In this document: positions 8,901 through 17,694 of the stretch, one piece after another
Layout of the letters: each line of letters begins with the position of its first letter
Position numbering within the stretch: position 1 is the first letter of the stretch
Source of the DNA: Candidatus Magasanikiibacteriota bacterium
GTDB lineage: Bacteria > Patescibacteriota > Patescibacteriia > Magasanikbacterales > UBA922
Direction: 5' to 3'
Assembly (NCBI GenBank): GCA_016193335.1
Contig: JACPSK010000001.1
Location: forward strand, 519,738 to 583,737
Length of the DNA stretch: 64,000 nt
The notes under the pieces: model-generated
Told to the model about the DNA's origin: nothing
Databases searched by the model: none
Seen by the model: the letters and a program-made list of their open reading frames with translations, nothing else
Translations under genes and position numbers: made by a program

Positions 8901-11776
8901 CTTACAATATTCAAGAAGTAAGTACTGCCGCCAGCTCCGGATGGATCACCAATACTACCCACACCTTTACCGGGCTTTCCGGAGGAACGCAATACCAGTT
9001 TAAAGTGAAAGCGAGAAATACCGATGGCATTGAAACTGCTTACACGAGCCCTGTCTACGTATCCACGCCAGACTCGGGAGGAGGTACTGCAGGAGGAGGC
9101 GCGAGCGGCGCGCCATCGGCTCCCTCTACTCCTCCATTCAGTGGCCCGTCACTTCCTCTTGAGCCGGACACACCTTTGCCCGAACTTCAGCCTGCCAAGG
9201 GACTTATATACATACCGAGCCAAAAAAATGATTGGTTTGACATGCTTGAATTTGGAAAAATTCCAAGCGGCACTGAAACAGGTCTTGCAAAAGCAATAGC
9301 GGGAAGCGGTTCTGAAAAAAAATTCAATTTGAATTCAGTATTCAGCATGGAATTCAAAGTCAGACCAAAAATAGCTCCGCAAGGTTTTAGCGGCGTGCCA
9401 ATCATATTTTCAAAAGAAGGATCATACAGACTCACGTTCAATTCAAGCATAGAATCTCTGAAAAAAGGACTGTGTTTCGAAGTTACGCAAAAAGATGCTA
9501 CGAATGTAAGTGTCTGTGACAAAAAACAGCCTCACATTTGGCCGCCTTATGAATATCGCGTAGTTTGGACCGGTACCGCTCTTGAACTCTACGAAGGAGA
9601 AACTCAGCTTGACGTAAAACCACTTTCTTCCATAAAAGACACAGATAAACCTTTGGTGCTAGGCGGAAGTTTAACTGAATACAAACCGGGAAAATTTCTT
9701 ATCAGCAGTTATGAAAATACATTTTACACTCTCAGAGTAAAGCGCGAACAGCCTGTCTATTATATAAACAAAAAGGATATCTCAGTGGTGATCAATCCGG
9801 TATATGCCAAATACGTGGCTCTTAAGGAGAGCTATGAGACTCCGGTAGACGAATTCAAAGACAAAAGCTATGATATTGCCACTAAATCTGAAAAAAATTT
9901 CGATCTGACCGGAGAAGACGGACTAAAATGCGTAAATGCTCTGTTTGCAAATTCACAAACAGACCCGAACAAACAATTTACTGAATCGAGCTATGCTTGT
10001 GTTTATCTGGATACGAAAGCGCCAAACGTGGATTTTTCTGTTGACACGGGAGTGGTGAACGGCGTAGCCATATCACAGCCGAGCCTGAGCGGAGTCTCAG
10101 AGCCAAACGCAACCATCAACATAAGCAGAAAAAAGAAATCGCTTTCAGGAGCTTTGTATCGAAAAAGTATTTTTTATACTCCCATTTTGATGCTGGCGGC
10201 CGATACAGAACAAAACTACAGCACCACAGCCGATGAAAATGGAAATTGGTCTTATACGTTTACCGATGTTTCGGAAATCGGTGAATATGAAATAACGGTT
10301 CAAGCGGAAGATCCGGCAGGAAACAGTTCTGAGCCAGTCAAAAAAAATCTTGTTTTGACGCAAGAACCCCCGGCTCCTGCAGAACCACAGCCAGAAGAGC
10401 CGAAACCTGTCGAACCTGAACCCGAGGAACCCAAGCCCATTGAACCTGCACCAACAGAACCGAAACCGGAAGAACCGAAACCAAAGCCGGCTGACGCAAA
10501 TCCGGATACGCCCGTGAATCCGGAAACTCCAAAATCAACGGCTGACACAAAAACTCCAACAAACGGAAATACTCCGACCGAACAAAACTCCGCAAACAAC
10601 GGGACCTCCACGCAGGCTCTCCCGAATAAAACAACAGCTGAAGAAAAAAATAAAGACAGAACGCCACAGATTGAAATAAAAGGCAGTGTTGAAAAAGCTA
10701 TAGATCTCCTTGGCAGGGGTCTTGAATCTATCAAAACAATTATTGACAACCCTCGGGTAGAACAGGTAAACGAACGCGTAGCCGCCCCAGGCCTTATAGC
10801 CATTGGGTTCGCCAATGCGGCAACCGGAGCCCAACTGCCCAATTTGTTGGCTTTCCTTCGCTATATTTTCGGCCAGCCGATCATGCTCCTGCGAAGACGA
10901 AAACAAAAAAAATGGGGTGTGGTATACAATGCTTTTACCAAACGGCCCGTTGATCTCGCCACCATACGTATCATTGAGGACAAAACCGACAAAGTCGTCC
11001 GAACTCAAGTCACTGACACACACGGCAGATACTTCGTGTCCGTGGACCCCGGCGCCTACCGCATTGAAATTATCAAACCGGGTTTCCTGGGCTTCAGTGA
11101 ATATCTTAAAGAAAAAGATGAAGATTCTTCGTATGTAAATCTGTATCATGGGAGTGTATTTTATCCTTCCGAAGAGCAGGCTTATTTGACCTACAATATA
11201 CCCGTGGATCCTGACGTTCCCGACAAAACCACAGACTCCGTGCTGAAAGATCGTCTAAAATTGGTACTGCACCATGCTTTCAGTGTAGTGGGTCTTATCG
11301 CGAGCGCTGTTTCCTTTGTTGTTTCACCCACGCCACTCATCGGCACACTTTTGGCCCTCCATTTGTTCTTTTATGTGCTCATGTACAAAATCGCTCATCG
11401 CGCCTTGCCGGCGTCTTGGGGTGTTATTTCTGAACAAGGAACGCGCAAAGAACTCGGACACGTGGTAGTGCGCGTCTTTGATTCTGAATATGACAAGTTG
11501 GTGAATACCGAAGTCTCGGACCGCAAAGGACGTTACGCAGTGCTGGTCGGCCCGAGCAGATATTATCTTACTTACGACAAAAAAGAATACAAACTCAAAA
11601 AGAGCCCGACACTGGACTACAGCAGTGAAAAAACGCATGGCCTTGGAGGTCTTATTGACCGCAGTGAAGAATTGGAACGCTTAAAAATACCGAACCGGAA
11701 TACAAAACCTGATTCTGTTTCAGATACAAAAAACTCTGATGCAGCAGGTAAAAATAACATCACTTCAAAAAAATAA
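5933..11776 (+). CDS. Giant (1947 aa) cell-surface protein: signal/TM anchor, Gly-rich beta-helix-like repeat region, fibronectin-III-like domains, Pro/Glu/Lys-rich linker, C-terminal TM segments with CarboxypepD_reg-like domains
   Basis: N-terminal hydrophobic segment. About 700 aa of GGxGG/GxGGxG repeats. FN3-like blocks (WTDNSSIEDHFDVDQSTDGTSF...YTFRVRAGN; YNIQEVSTAASSGW...YQFKVKARN). A PEPQPEEPKPVEPEPEEPKP linker. Two CarboxypepD_reg-like blocks (VTDTHGRYFVSVDPGAYRIEI; SDRKGRYAVLVGPSRYY) flanked by TM helices. Confidence 0.8.
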   Translation: MRDSRSSFQRLTTWFVIFTTLWYFVFGLSPFNIQDPTVPVVKAAAVSWAGASTGTWETASNWSGGSVPSSSDDVTISPTSTNIAVTLSSGQTADFSTLTMGGNATYGVTTTLIGNIGTGGSITMQGRSTTTIQNATAQTISGTLTIQAGGALVHADNSTAASNIISISVGALDLQSGGRIDLDRLGYDGGTGGATGSGPGGGAKGSVASGGGAHGGDGGDGYDGSALEGSGGTGYDDFTGPTDLGSGGGGLNTNGPGGAGGGAVKITITGGGTATINGTLTTQGGNGGNWGTSRTGGGAGGSVWINFSANGTFAGSGAINVDGGDGGTNGGAYDYYAGGGGGGRIAITGHNSHTFSGTLSYDGGTLTESVSNIVSQDGGGGTYWLKQSGQTGDLYIGGNTKGHDNPARVVDTKSVNDIWFEGASGLAIASGVTITLASSTISAGTATSSIDIDGVFSLPTSFTIPNKISVTTTATGLDTVNSLTIAAGGRLALEYISTSSPWTQLSTLTLNGDLTHLANTSTIHNSVNISATTITIGTTGRVIADRWGYPGGAPNSSGSGPGAGTFLDTHGGGGAYGGNGGNGASGQGLGGSLYGTTSTPEYDAGSGGGGAIATVSGGPGGGIIKLVASGTFTLNGAISANGLAGPNGCGGSPGRAGGGGAGGGIRIEAGTLSGSGSIAANGGDSWCSAGAGGGGRVLVTASTYSFTGTVTTTAGQEQQFGNDGIIGTAVVSPSAAGTLYSNNTSAASGQTNPTKLTDITPAFSAVYNDPDSGDIANKARIQVSTSQTMSSPIWDSGSGGTSITNCSQGNRCQDLVFGSFGTAPTTNLALNDDADENSQTTYYWRLKYFDDEVGEGAWSSTSTFTLLDAPNEPSGVATSTLSTTALLLSWTDNSSIEDHFDVDQSTDGTSFTTATTTGANTSTYHFSGLTPNTQYTFRVRAGNSAASSTFATSSAGYTLANAPISLSGSADSMSAITTIWAGNDNPNGTAYNIQEVSTAASSGWITNTTHTFTGLSGGTQYQFKVKARNTDGIETAYTSPVYVSTPDSGGGTAGGGASGAPSAPSTPPFSGPSLPLEPDTPLPELQPAKGLIYIPSQKNDWFDMLEFGKIPSGTETGLAKAIAGSGSEKKFNLNSVFSMEFKVRPKIAPQGFSGVPIIFSKEGSYRLTFNSSIESLKKGLCFEVTQKDATNVSVCDKKQPHIWPPYEYRVVWTGTALELYEGETQLDVKPLSSIKDTDKPLVLGGSLTEYKPGKFLISSYENTFYTLRVKREQPVYYINKKDISVVINPVYAKYVALKESYETPVDEFKDKSYDIATKSEKNFDLTGEDGLKCVNALFANSQTDPNKQFTESSYACVYLDTKAPNVDFSVDTGVVNGVAISQPSLSGVSEPNATINISRKKKSLSGALYRKSIFYTPILMLAADTEQNYSTTADENGNWSYTFTDVSEIGEYEITVQAEDPAGNSSEPVKKNLVLTQEPPAPAEPQPEEPKPVEPEPEEPKPIEPAPTEPKPEEPKPKPADANPDTPVNPETPKSTADTKTPTNGNTPTEQNSANNGTSTQALPNKTTAEEKNKDRTPQIEIKGSVEKAIDLLGRGLESIKTIIDNPRVEQVNERVAAPGLIAIGFANAATGAQLPNLLAFLRYIFGQPIMLLRRRKQKKWGVVYNAFTKRPVDLATIRIIEDKTDKVVRTQVTDTHGRYFVSVDPGAYRIEIIKPGFLGFSEYLKEKDEDSSYVNLYHGSVFYPSEEQAYLTYNIPVDPDVPDKTTDSVLKDRLKLVLHHAFSVVGLIASAVSFVVSPTPLIGTLLALHLFFYVLMYKIAHRALPASWGVISEQGTRKELGHVVVRVFDSEYDKLVNTEVSDRKGRYAVLVGPSRYYLTYDKKEYKLKKSPTLDYSSEKTHGLGGLIDRSEELERLKIPNRNTKPDSVSDTKNSDAAGKNNITSKK

Positions 11777-11797
11777 AAAAAACTTGAAACACAAAAA

Positions 11798-11823
11798 AGA
11801 GCCCGAAAACGGACTCTTTTAAA
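11798..11823 (+). terminator. Putative rho-independent terminator after the giant gene
   Basis: Imperfect hairpin GAGCCCG-aaaa-CGGACTC followed by TTTT. Confidence 0.35.
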
Positions 11824-12133
11824 AATATTTAATGCCCCGGCTTAAAACTGTGAATAATATGGGGTCAAAAATCTTGCCAAGGAACAAAGACCTAGAGTAT
11901 ACTCATATCCTTTATTAGGATGCCGAGACAGCCAATCCTATTTATATCTTTTTAAGACAAAATGAAAAAACACCCTTAAAAAAGCGGCATAAAAAGAGAA
12001 CAACAATAATTTTGGTTATTGAGCCAAAATTGAATGGGGCTTGTTTAAAAACTAAAAATTTAAGTTTTAGCTTCTCCTCGAGATCTTGATTAAAAATAAA
12101 TAATTCATTAATGAATTCAACACGCTTTGATCT

Positions 12134-13054
12134 ATGAATATACATTTGCTCACTCCCCATATCCCTACCGCGCCGGACTCGCCCCTGCGCGTTAGTTTGG
12201 ATTTGTTGGATATGGCGGCCCGAAGAAAGGGACACACTCTTCACATAATAGAAACAAGCCAATGCAAGATGTATTTTGACAAAAAACCCGTTATACTGGT
12301 AGACAACAAAAAACCAAAAATCAATATACTCATCACCAAACCATCTTTTTCCGGAAAAAATCTTGACGTGCACGCGAGTGTGATCAGACAATTTGAGCTG
12401 GGAGGCATACCCACGATAAATAGCTACCATTCTATCGTCAACTCAAAAAACAAAGTACGGATGCTCCAAAAACTGACCTCAAAAGGAATACCCATTCCAA
12501 AAACCTATGTGGTCCGATCTTCTGAATATGTGTCGGAAATCTCGGAACAGATCGGGAGTTTCCCCGTAATTATAAAAAGTGTCTTCGGATCCGGCGGCAT
12601 AGGAGTGGGAATCATAGAAAGCAAGCGCGGGTTAAAAACGATTATTGAAATGATGATAGAAGACAACGACTCCACTCCTCTCATTATCCAGCACTATGTG
12701 CGTGAATCGCGAGGCAAAGACATACGCGTCTTTGTTGTGGGAAATAAAATCGTGGCGGCCATGGATCGGATCGCCACAAAAAAAGGAGAATTCAGATCAA
12801 ACTTTTCAATTGGCGGCAAAGTAAAAATCGCGTCTCTGTCTGAAGAAGAAAAAAAACTGGCAAAACGGGCCGCCAAGGCCATGCATCTTGAGTTCGCGGG
12901 GGTTGATATCATCCGTTCCAAAGAAGGGCCAAAGGTGCTGGAGGTAAATTCAAATCCGGGATTGCAGGGCATTACTCAAGCCACCGGAGTAGACGTCGCC
13001 GGAGCGATTATTGATTACGCGATGAACAAAGCCAAAGAATTGGGACGGGAATAG
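12134..13054 (+). CDS. RimK-family ATP-grasp ligase (alpha-L-glutamate ligase-like)
   Basis: ATP-grasp architecture: a pre-ATP-grasp N-domain, PVIIKSVFGSGGIGV (glycine-rich loop), and LEFAGVDII...EVNSNPG (Mg/ATP site). Length 306 aa. Confidence 0.75.
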   Translation: MNIHLLTPHIPTAPDSPLRVSLDLLDMAARRKGHTLHIIETSQCKMYFDKKPVILVDNKKPKINILITKPSFSGKNLDVHASVIRQFELGGIPTINSYHSIVNSKNKVRMLQKLTSKGIPIPKTYVVRSSEYVSEISEQIGSFPVIIKSVFGSGGIGVGIIESKRGLKTIIEMMIEDNDSTPLIIQHYVRESRGKDIRVFVVGNKIVAAMDRIATKKGEFRSNFSIGGKVKIASLSEEEKKLAKRAAKAMHLEFAGVDIIRSKEGPKVLEVNSNPGLQGITQATGVDVAGAIIDYAMNKAKELGRE

Positions 13055-13079
13055 CTTCCGGTAAAAGTATTTTAATAAA

Positions 13080-13110
13080 AGAAAATTCTACTGGAATTTT
13101 CTTTTATTTT
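13080..13110 (+). terminator. Rho-independent terminator after the RimK-like gene
   Basis: Perfect 9-bp stem AGAAAATTC/GAATTTTCT with loop TACTG, followed by TTTATTTT. Confidence 0.5.
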
Positions 13111-13124
13111 AGGCTAAAATAGAT

Positions 13125-13439
13125 TTGACTTATGTAAAAAAATCTGGAAGAAAGATGGCGGAAACAAAAAATAAGCAGGCTTGTCCATTCACTAAAACAG
13201 TATACTTAATTATTAACACACTCACTATGCTAAGCAGAACAAAAAAAATGAAGCCTTTTAAACAAGCGATGTTCACTCTGTTAATCGGTTTCTCGGTAGT
13301 GGCTTTTTGGAGAGGCGCCTGGGGATTGATGGATGTATATTTGCTTCCTGACAATTATGAAATTAGCTCGTGGATTTCGATCTTCGTCGGACTAGGCGTC
13401 CTGGCAATAACACATTATTGGACAAAAGAGTTGGTTTGA
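13125..13439 (+). CDS. Hypothetical small membrane protein
   Basis: 104-aa ORF with two hydrophobic helices. The likely start is the internal MKPFKQ. Confidence 0.35.
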   Translation: MTYVKKSGRKMAETKNKQACPFTKTVYLIINTLTMLSRTKKMKPFKQAMFTLLIGFSVVAFWRGAWGLMDVYLLPDNYEISSWISIFVGLGVLAITHYWTKELV

Positions 13440-13450
13440 AAGAATGATTT

Positions 13451-15046
13451 ATGCGCATTGCGAAAATTTTTGATTCCAAAAAAAACCGGTGTCTGGCGGC
13501 GTTCTTTTTTATCATTCTCCCTTGGTATATCTTGCTCCTCGTGCGGCCCTTGGATTTATCAAATGATGACCTGGGCAGACACTTAAAAAATGGAGAATTC
13601 ATATTACAGGCCGTCAGTTCCTTAGAATCTATACCAGAGATATTCAGCACAAATTTTTATTCTTACACCTTTCCCGATTTCCCTTTCGTCAATCACCATT
13701 GGGGAAGTGGAGTGCTCTTTTACAGTCTCTGGTCTACGCTAGGCCCTCTCGGATTCCAAGCATTCATGTATGGTACCGCTATCTCGACCCTTTTTATTTT
13801 TTTTGTCTTAGCGTACAAAAAATCAAATCTTCTTATCGCCTCTTCAGTTACTTTTTTCCTCGTTCCTCTCGTGGCAGAACGCCGTGAGCTAAGGCCAGAG
13901 CTGTTCAGTTATCTTTTTCTGGGGTTGTTTCTACTTATTCTTTTCAGGTATAGAGATAATCCTCAGTATGGAAAACTACCCTATCTATTGCCCTTTATAT
14001 TTCTACTCTGGGTCAATATTCACATATTCTTTATATTCGGACTTTTTGTGCTGGGCCTTTTCTTTGTCGACGCGCTTGTTGCTCGGCCGAGGCAAACGGC
14101 ATATACCAAAAAATTGGGAACAGCGGTCTTACTCTGTCTTATCGCGGGGCTCATCACTCCGACCGGCGTGAAAACACTACTATACCCCTTCGCTATTTTT
14201 CAAAACTTTGGAATACAAGTGCAAGAGACTCTTTCTCTAAGCCAGGCAACAACAAATGATTTGCACCCCACCAAGGCAATAAGCCTAAAAATAAGTCTTG
14301 CATTTGGAGTGCTTGTCTTTTTATATTTAATAATCCACAAAGGTCGCAAAAACAATTTCCTAGTCACAAGCCTATGGGCTGTCTTTGGTTTTCTGGCCTG
14401 GAACATGATACGAAATATAAGTATGTACGCACTGGTCGCAATACCAACGCTGTCCATGGGTGTTTACGCGTTCGGTCTCAGATATTTTAAAAATAAATCT
14501 TTCGGCACTGGAGCCAAACTTGCCGTTTCAATATTAGTCATTTTGTCAACTTTACTGATTCACAAAGAACGCATCCCCGCGGCTTGGCAAGCCTGGGGAT
14601 ATGGTCTGGCGTCGAAATCTCAAGAAGCTGGAACGTTTTTAAGGCAAAATAATATACAAGGACCCTTATTTAATGATTTCAGCAGTGGAGGCTATGTCAT
14701 ATTCAATCTGTATCCTAATATCCGCCCCTTTGTGGACAATAGACCCGAAGCCTATCCTGCCGAGTTTTTTACCGACACTTATCTTCCTCTGCGTTCAGAT
14801 GAAGAAATCTGGGGAAAAACCCAAAAACAATATGGCTTCAATGTCTTACTTTTAGAATTTCCCAAAGATCCTGAACCGATCCTATTCTTGATACATCGAG
14901 TGAATGATCCTGATTGGGTTCCCGTATTTGTAAATAACTATCACGTCATCTTTGTAAGAAACAATGAACAAAACGCGGACATTATAAAACAATTTGAAAT
15001 CTCGAAAGATGCTTTTCGTCTCGAGAAGACTTCAAGCACTCTCTAG
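13451..15046 (+). CDS. Polytopic membrane protein, probable GT-C-fold glycosyltransferase (PMT/ArnT/YfhO-like)
   Basis: 531 aa with >=10 TM helices and a large C-terminal soluble domain. It sits adjacent and convergent to a DPM1-like GT2, the usual pairing for lipid-linked sugar transfer. Confidence 0.5.
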   Translation: MRIAKIFDSKKNRCLAAFFFIILPWYILLLVRPLDLSNDDLGRHLKNGEFILQAVSSLESIPEIFSTNFYSYTFPDFPFVNHHWGSGVLFYSLWSTLGPLGFQAFMYGTAISTLFIFFVLAYKKSNLLIASSVTFFLVPLVAERRELRPELFSYLFLGLFLLILFRYRDNPQYGKLPYLLPFIFLLWVNIHIFFIFGLFVLGLFFVDALVARPRQTAYTKKLGTAVLLCLIAGLITPTGVKTLLYPFAIFQNFGIQVQETLSLSQATTNDLHPTKAISLKISLAFGVLVFLYLIIHKGRKNNFLVTSLWAVFGFLAWNMIRNISMYALVAIPTLSMGVYAFGLRYFKNKSFGTGAKLAVSILVILSTLLIHKERIPAAWQAWGYGLASKSQEAGTFLRQNNIQGPLFNDFSSGGYVIFNLYPNIRPFVDNRPEAYPAEFFTDTYLPLRSDEEIWGKTQKQYGFNVLLLEFPKDPEPILFLIHRVNDPDWVPVFVNNYHVIFVRNNEQNADIIKQFEISKDAFRLEKTSSTL

Positions 15047-15054
15047 CCTCTAAC

Positions 15055-15170
15055 ATACAACCACCCCTTACATCCCCTCCTTGAAAAGGAGGGGATCGCG
15101 GCTGCGAAGTCTCTTTCCTCTTGGGTTCCACCGACAAGGTCCCTGAGACCCCTTGAAAAAGGGCGTTGCG
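15055..15170. repeat. Copy R1 of the composite palindromic intergenic repeat family
   Basis: CCCCTTACATCCCCTCCTT-gaaa-AGGAGGGGATCGCGGCTGCGAAGTCTC. The same modules recur at five other loci in this window. Confidence 0.6.
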
Positions 15171-15176
15171 AAAATT

Positions 15177-15887
15177 TTACTTGCGTAATTTCCCAAACAG
15201 ATTGTATCTAAAAATACAGTACAAAGCTCTAAATCCGTCTTTTATGCCTATCTTTTTGCCCTCAGCGTAACTTCTTGGATTATAAGACACAGGAACTTCA
15301 ACAATGCGTATACCCGAGACGCGAGAAACGCGGGCCGTGAATTCAAGATCAAAACCAAAACGATTTTCTTTGAGAGAGATGGAATTCAAAACAGATTTTT
15401 TAAAAACCTTGTAACAAGTTTCCGCGTCGCTCAGCCTTTGACCGCTGAGTAGATTTGATAGAGTCGTAAATATTCTATTGGCTATATAATGAGTGGGGTA
15501 TCCTTTGCTTCTCTTCTTTGCCAAAAAACGGGATCCATACACTAGGTCCGCTTCTCCTTTCAGCAAAGGCTCAAGCAATATTTTGTAATCCGACGGCGAA
15601 TATTCAAGATCGGCATCCTGCACCAAAATAATATCTCCGCTTGCTTTTGCAAAGCCGCTATGAAGCGCGGCCCCCTTGCCCTGGTTCTCAGAATGACGAA
15701 TTATTTTGAGAAATGTATCGCGCGCAAGCTCCTGAACTCGAAAAAAACTTCTGTCTGTAGAAGCATCATCAACTATGATAATTTCTTTACTTAAACCGAG
15801 GATGTCTGCTTGGCTTGCCCGTTTTATAAGTTCGCTTATGGTGTCCTCTTCATTAAAAACGGGAATAATTATGGAAACAGAATTCAT
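15177..15887 (-). CDS. GT2-family glycosyltransferase, dolichol/polyprenol-phosphate sugar synthase (DPM1-like)
   Basis: SIIIPVFNEE, DDASTDRS, and the DxD region VQDADLEYSP. The likely start is MNSVSIIIP; the ORF track extends to 15956. Confidence 0.8.
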   Translation of the reverse strand: MNSVSIIIPVFNEEDTISELIKRASQADILGLSKEIIIVDDASTDRSFFRVQELARDTFLKIIRHSENQGKGAALHSGFAKASGDIILVQDADLEYSPSDYKILLEPLLKGEADLVYGSRFLAKKRSKGYPTHYIANRIFTTLSNLLSGQRLSDAETCYKVFKKSVLNSISLKENRFGFDLEFTARVSRVSGIRIVEVPVSYNPRSYAEGKKIGIKDGFRALYCIFRYNLFGKLRK

Positions 15888-16014
15888 ACAAATAATGAAA
15901 ATCCGAGACCAAATCTCATTCTTCGCATTACTTCTGAGTAAGTCTAACATACGCAAGACCTTTTAACGAGGCACCGGGGGAATCCCTGGTTTCGTCCGTA
16001 CTGTCTCTTCTTCC

Positions 16015-16200
16015 ACTTCCGCCTTGCGGAGGAGGGAGACGCCGCAGCCGCGACCCCCTCCTTTCCGAAGGAGGGGGTTAGGGGGTGGTTATGAGACTGT
16101 TCGGATACGCTCCAGAACCCCCTCTTACATCTCCCCCTTAGTAAAGGGGGAGAGACACCAGTGGGGGGGTGTTTGTGAGAGAATAAGACACCAAGCTTGT
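16015..16200. repeat. Copy R2 of the composite palindromic repeat family (inverted orientation of the GCGGCTGCG module, plus GGGGTGGTTATGAGACTGTTCGGATAC module and TCTCCCCCTT-agtaa-AGGGGGAGA hairpin)
   Basis: Shares three sequence modules with R1, R3, R4 and R5. ORF 15944..16279(-) is a spurious translation of this repeat. Confidence 0.6.
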
Positions 16201-16541
16201 CTTCCAGGCTTATTTCATGATATATAAACAAGGTCCTTCTGCAAACCAAGGGAGACAGAAATGCTCGCGACTTTCGCACACTTCATCTATGATGAACGCC
16301 TCATCCCCTTCAACAGGCAAAACGCGGCCAACTACACGACCATTATGGGCGCCTGGCTGGCCAGAATTTCGTTTTACCTGTTTGGGATCATACTTGTCGC
16401 GTTCGCGATGCGCAGTGAATTGACGCCCTGGATGCTCGGCCTGCGTTACGCAGCCATAGGTTTTGGCATCTTGGCCGGAATCTGCGACGCTTTGGACGGC
16501 TTCATCGCCCGAAAGCTCGGCTGTGTGACCGAACTTGGCAG

Positions 16542-17694
16542 GATACCGTTACCTTTTGGGTGCGTGAAAAGTTGTTTTCTTTGCTAGACTATGCTAAGAA
16601 ATGAGTGTTTAACTAGTTAATTAGCCTACTGTGGTAAAAAAAACACAATCCATCCTGTCAGAAATGTGGGAGCAGGGAAACCAACAAACGAGGAAGCCGA
16701 CGTGAATTAAAAAGATATTGTTGCAAGAGCTGTCGAGGCTCTTTTTCAGTTGATCATGGCAGGAAGAAACCGGTGTTGTGGATTCCCCACATCGATGGTA
16801 TTTCCTTTCGCAAGCTCGGCGATGCACAAGGATTGTCCGGCAAACAGGCATATGTGCGCGTGTTTGATGAACTGAAGACCTTGCCGGAGAATCTGGAAAT
16901 CACCCGACAGTATGGTGCATACACGTCGGGTATTTTAATTATGGATGGAAAATATATTAAAGTCCGCGGATACAAACACAAGATTCCGTTCATCTATGCC
17001 ATTGACTACGAAACGCATGACATCTTGTTTGGGATACTGTCCCATGCTGAAGATGAAAAAACATTTCTTGCATTTTTTCACACACTCAAAACATTGAATT
17101 ATCCACTTCAAGCCGTCGTGGCCGACGACCGAACGTCGCTCCCCTTAGCCTTAAAACAGGTGTACCCGGGTATTCGGGTACAGCTTTGTCTTAACCATTA
17201 TCTGGAGAATATCCGACAACAACTCCACATTCGTACCGATGGAACCCATCGTCATTTTTTTAACGCGCTCAAGAAGCATGTATTTGACCATTACGAAAAT
17301 GACGAACAACTTACGACAGCCCTCCGCCAGGTGTGGACCAACCGATGTGAACAGGTGCCACTCCGCCAAACGATCCTTCTCCAGATTCACCAACGGAGAA
17401 CAGAATTATTTGCATACCACACCATAGTGAACTGTCCGAACAACACCAATCTGATTGAACTGTTTAATTCCCACTTTAATGCTCGACTGAAATCACTGAA
17501 AGGTTTCAAAACCAAAGCCCATGCCATGCTGTGGCTGAATGGCCTCATCATCCGCCGGCGGACAAAACCATTCACTGACTGCGGATCGAAGTTCAAACAT
17601 CTGAACGGCAAATGCTCCCTTGAGATGAGTATCAAAAAACAGGCCGAGTGGCCTGAAATATATGGGGTAAAAGCACCCAAAAGGTAACGGTAAC
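16542..17694 (+). mobile_element. Complete ~1153-bp insertion sequence with ~21-bp terminal inverted repeats and a 9-bp target-site duplication
   Basis: Left end GATACCGTTACCTTTTGGGTGC. The reverse complement of the right end is GTTACCGTTACCTTTTGGGTGC. Direct repeat ACTTGGCAG at 16533-16541 and again at 17695-17703. The element carries a single transposase gene. Confidence 0.75.
16638..17687 (+). CDS. DDE transposase with N-terminal Zn-ribbon (IS1595/IS256/IS1-type; family unresolved)
   Basis: In-frame N-terminal CQKCGS-x17-CCKSCRGSFS zinc ribbon. DDE-type core motifs MDGKYIKVRG, VVADDRTSLPLALKQVYPGIRVQLCLNHYLENI and NLIELFNSHFNARLKSLKGF. No in-frame ATG before 16770; the first GTG/TTG is at 16770/16773. 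Confidence 0.6.
   Translation, partial: KKHNPSCQKCGSRETNKRGSRRELKRYCCKSCRGSFSVDHGRKKPVLWIPHIDGISFRKLGDAQGLSGKQAYVRVFDELKTLPENLEITRQYGAYTSGILIMDGKYIKVRGYKHKIPFIYAIDYETHDILFGILSHAEDEKTFLAFFHTLKTLNYPLQAVVADDRTSLPLALKQVYPGIRVQLCLNHYLENIRQQLHIRTDGTHRHFFNALKKHVFDHYENDEQLTTALRQVWTNRCEQVPLRQTILLQIHQRRTELFAYHTIVNCPNNTNLIELFNSHFNARLKSLKGFKTKAHAMLWLNGLIIRRRTKPFTDCGSKFKHLNGKCSLEMSIKKQAEWPEIYGVKAPKR

Noticed and set aside
10300-11149. Several 100-200-aa minus-strand ORFs inside the giant surface-protein gene
   Set aside because: They are antisense to a continuous 1947-aa ORF with coherent domain structure and yield low-complexity translations.
11942-12430. 162-aa ORF on the minus strand overlapping the start of the RimK-like gene
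   Set aside because: It overlaps a well-supported ATP-grasp N-terminus on the opposite strand. Its sequence is low-complexity and AT-rich without motifs.
15944-16279. 111-aa ORF (and similarly 22520..23005 on the plus strand, 16024..16227 on the plus strand, and 22626..22814 on the minus strand) with HPL/GGDRGC-rich translation
   Set aside because: These lie entirely within copies of the palindromic repeat family. The same peptides recur only because the DNA repeat recurs, so they are not protein-coding.
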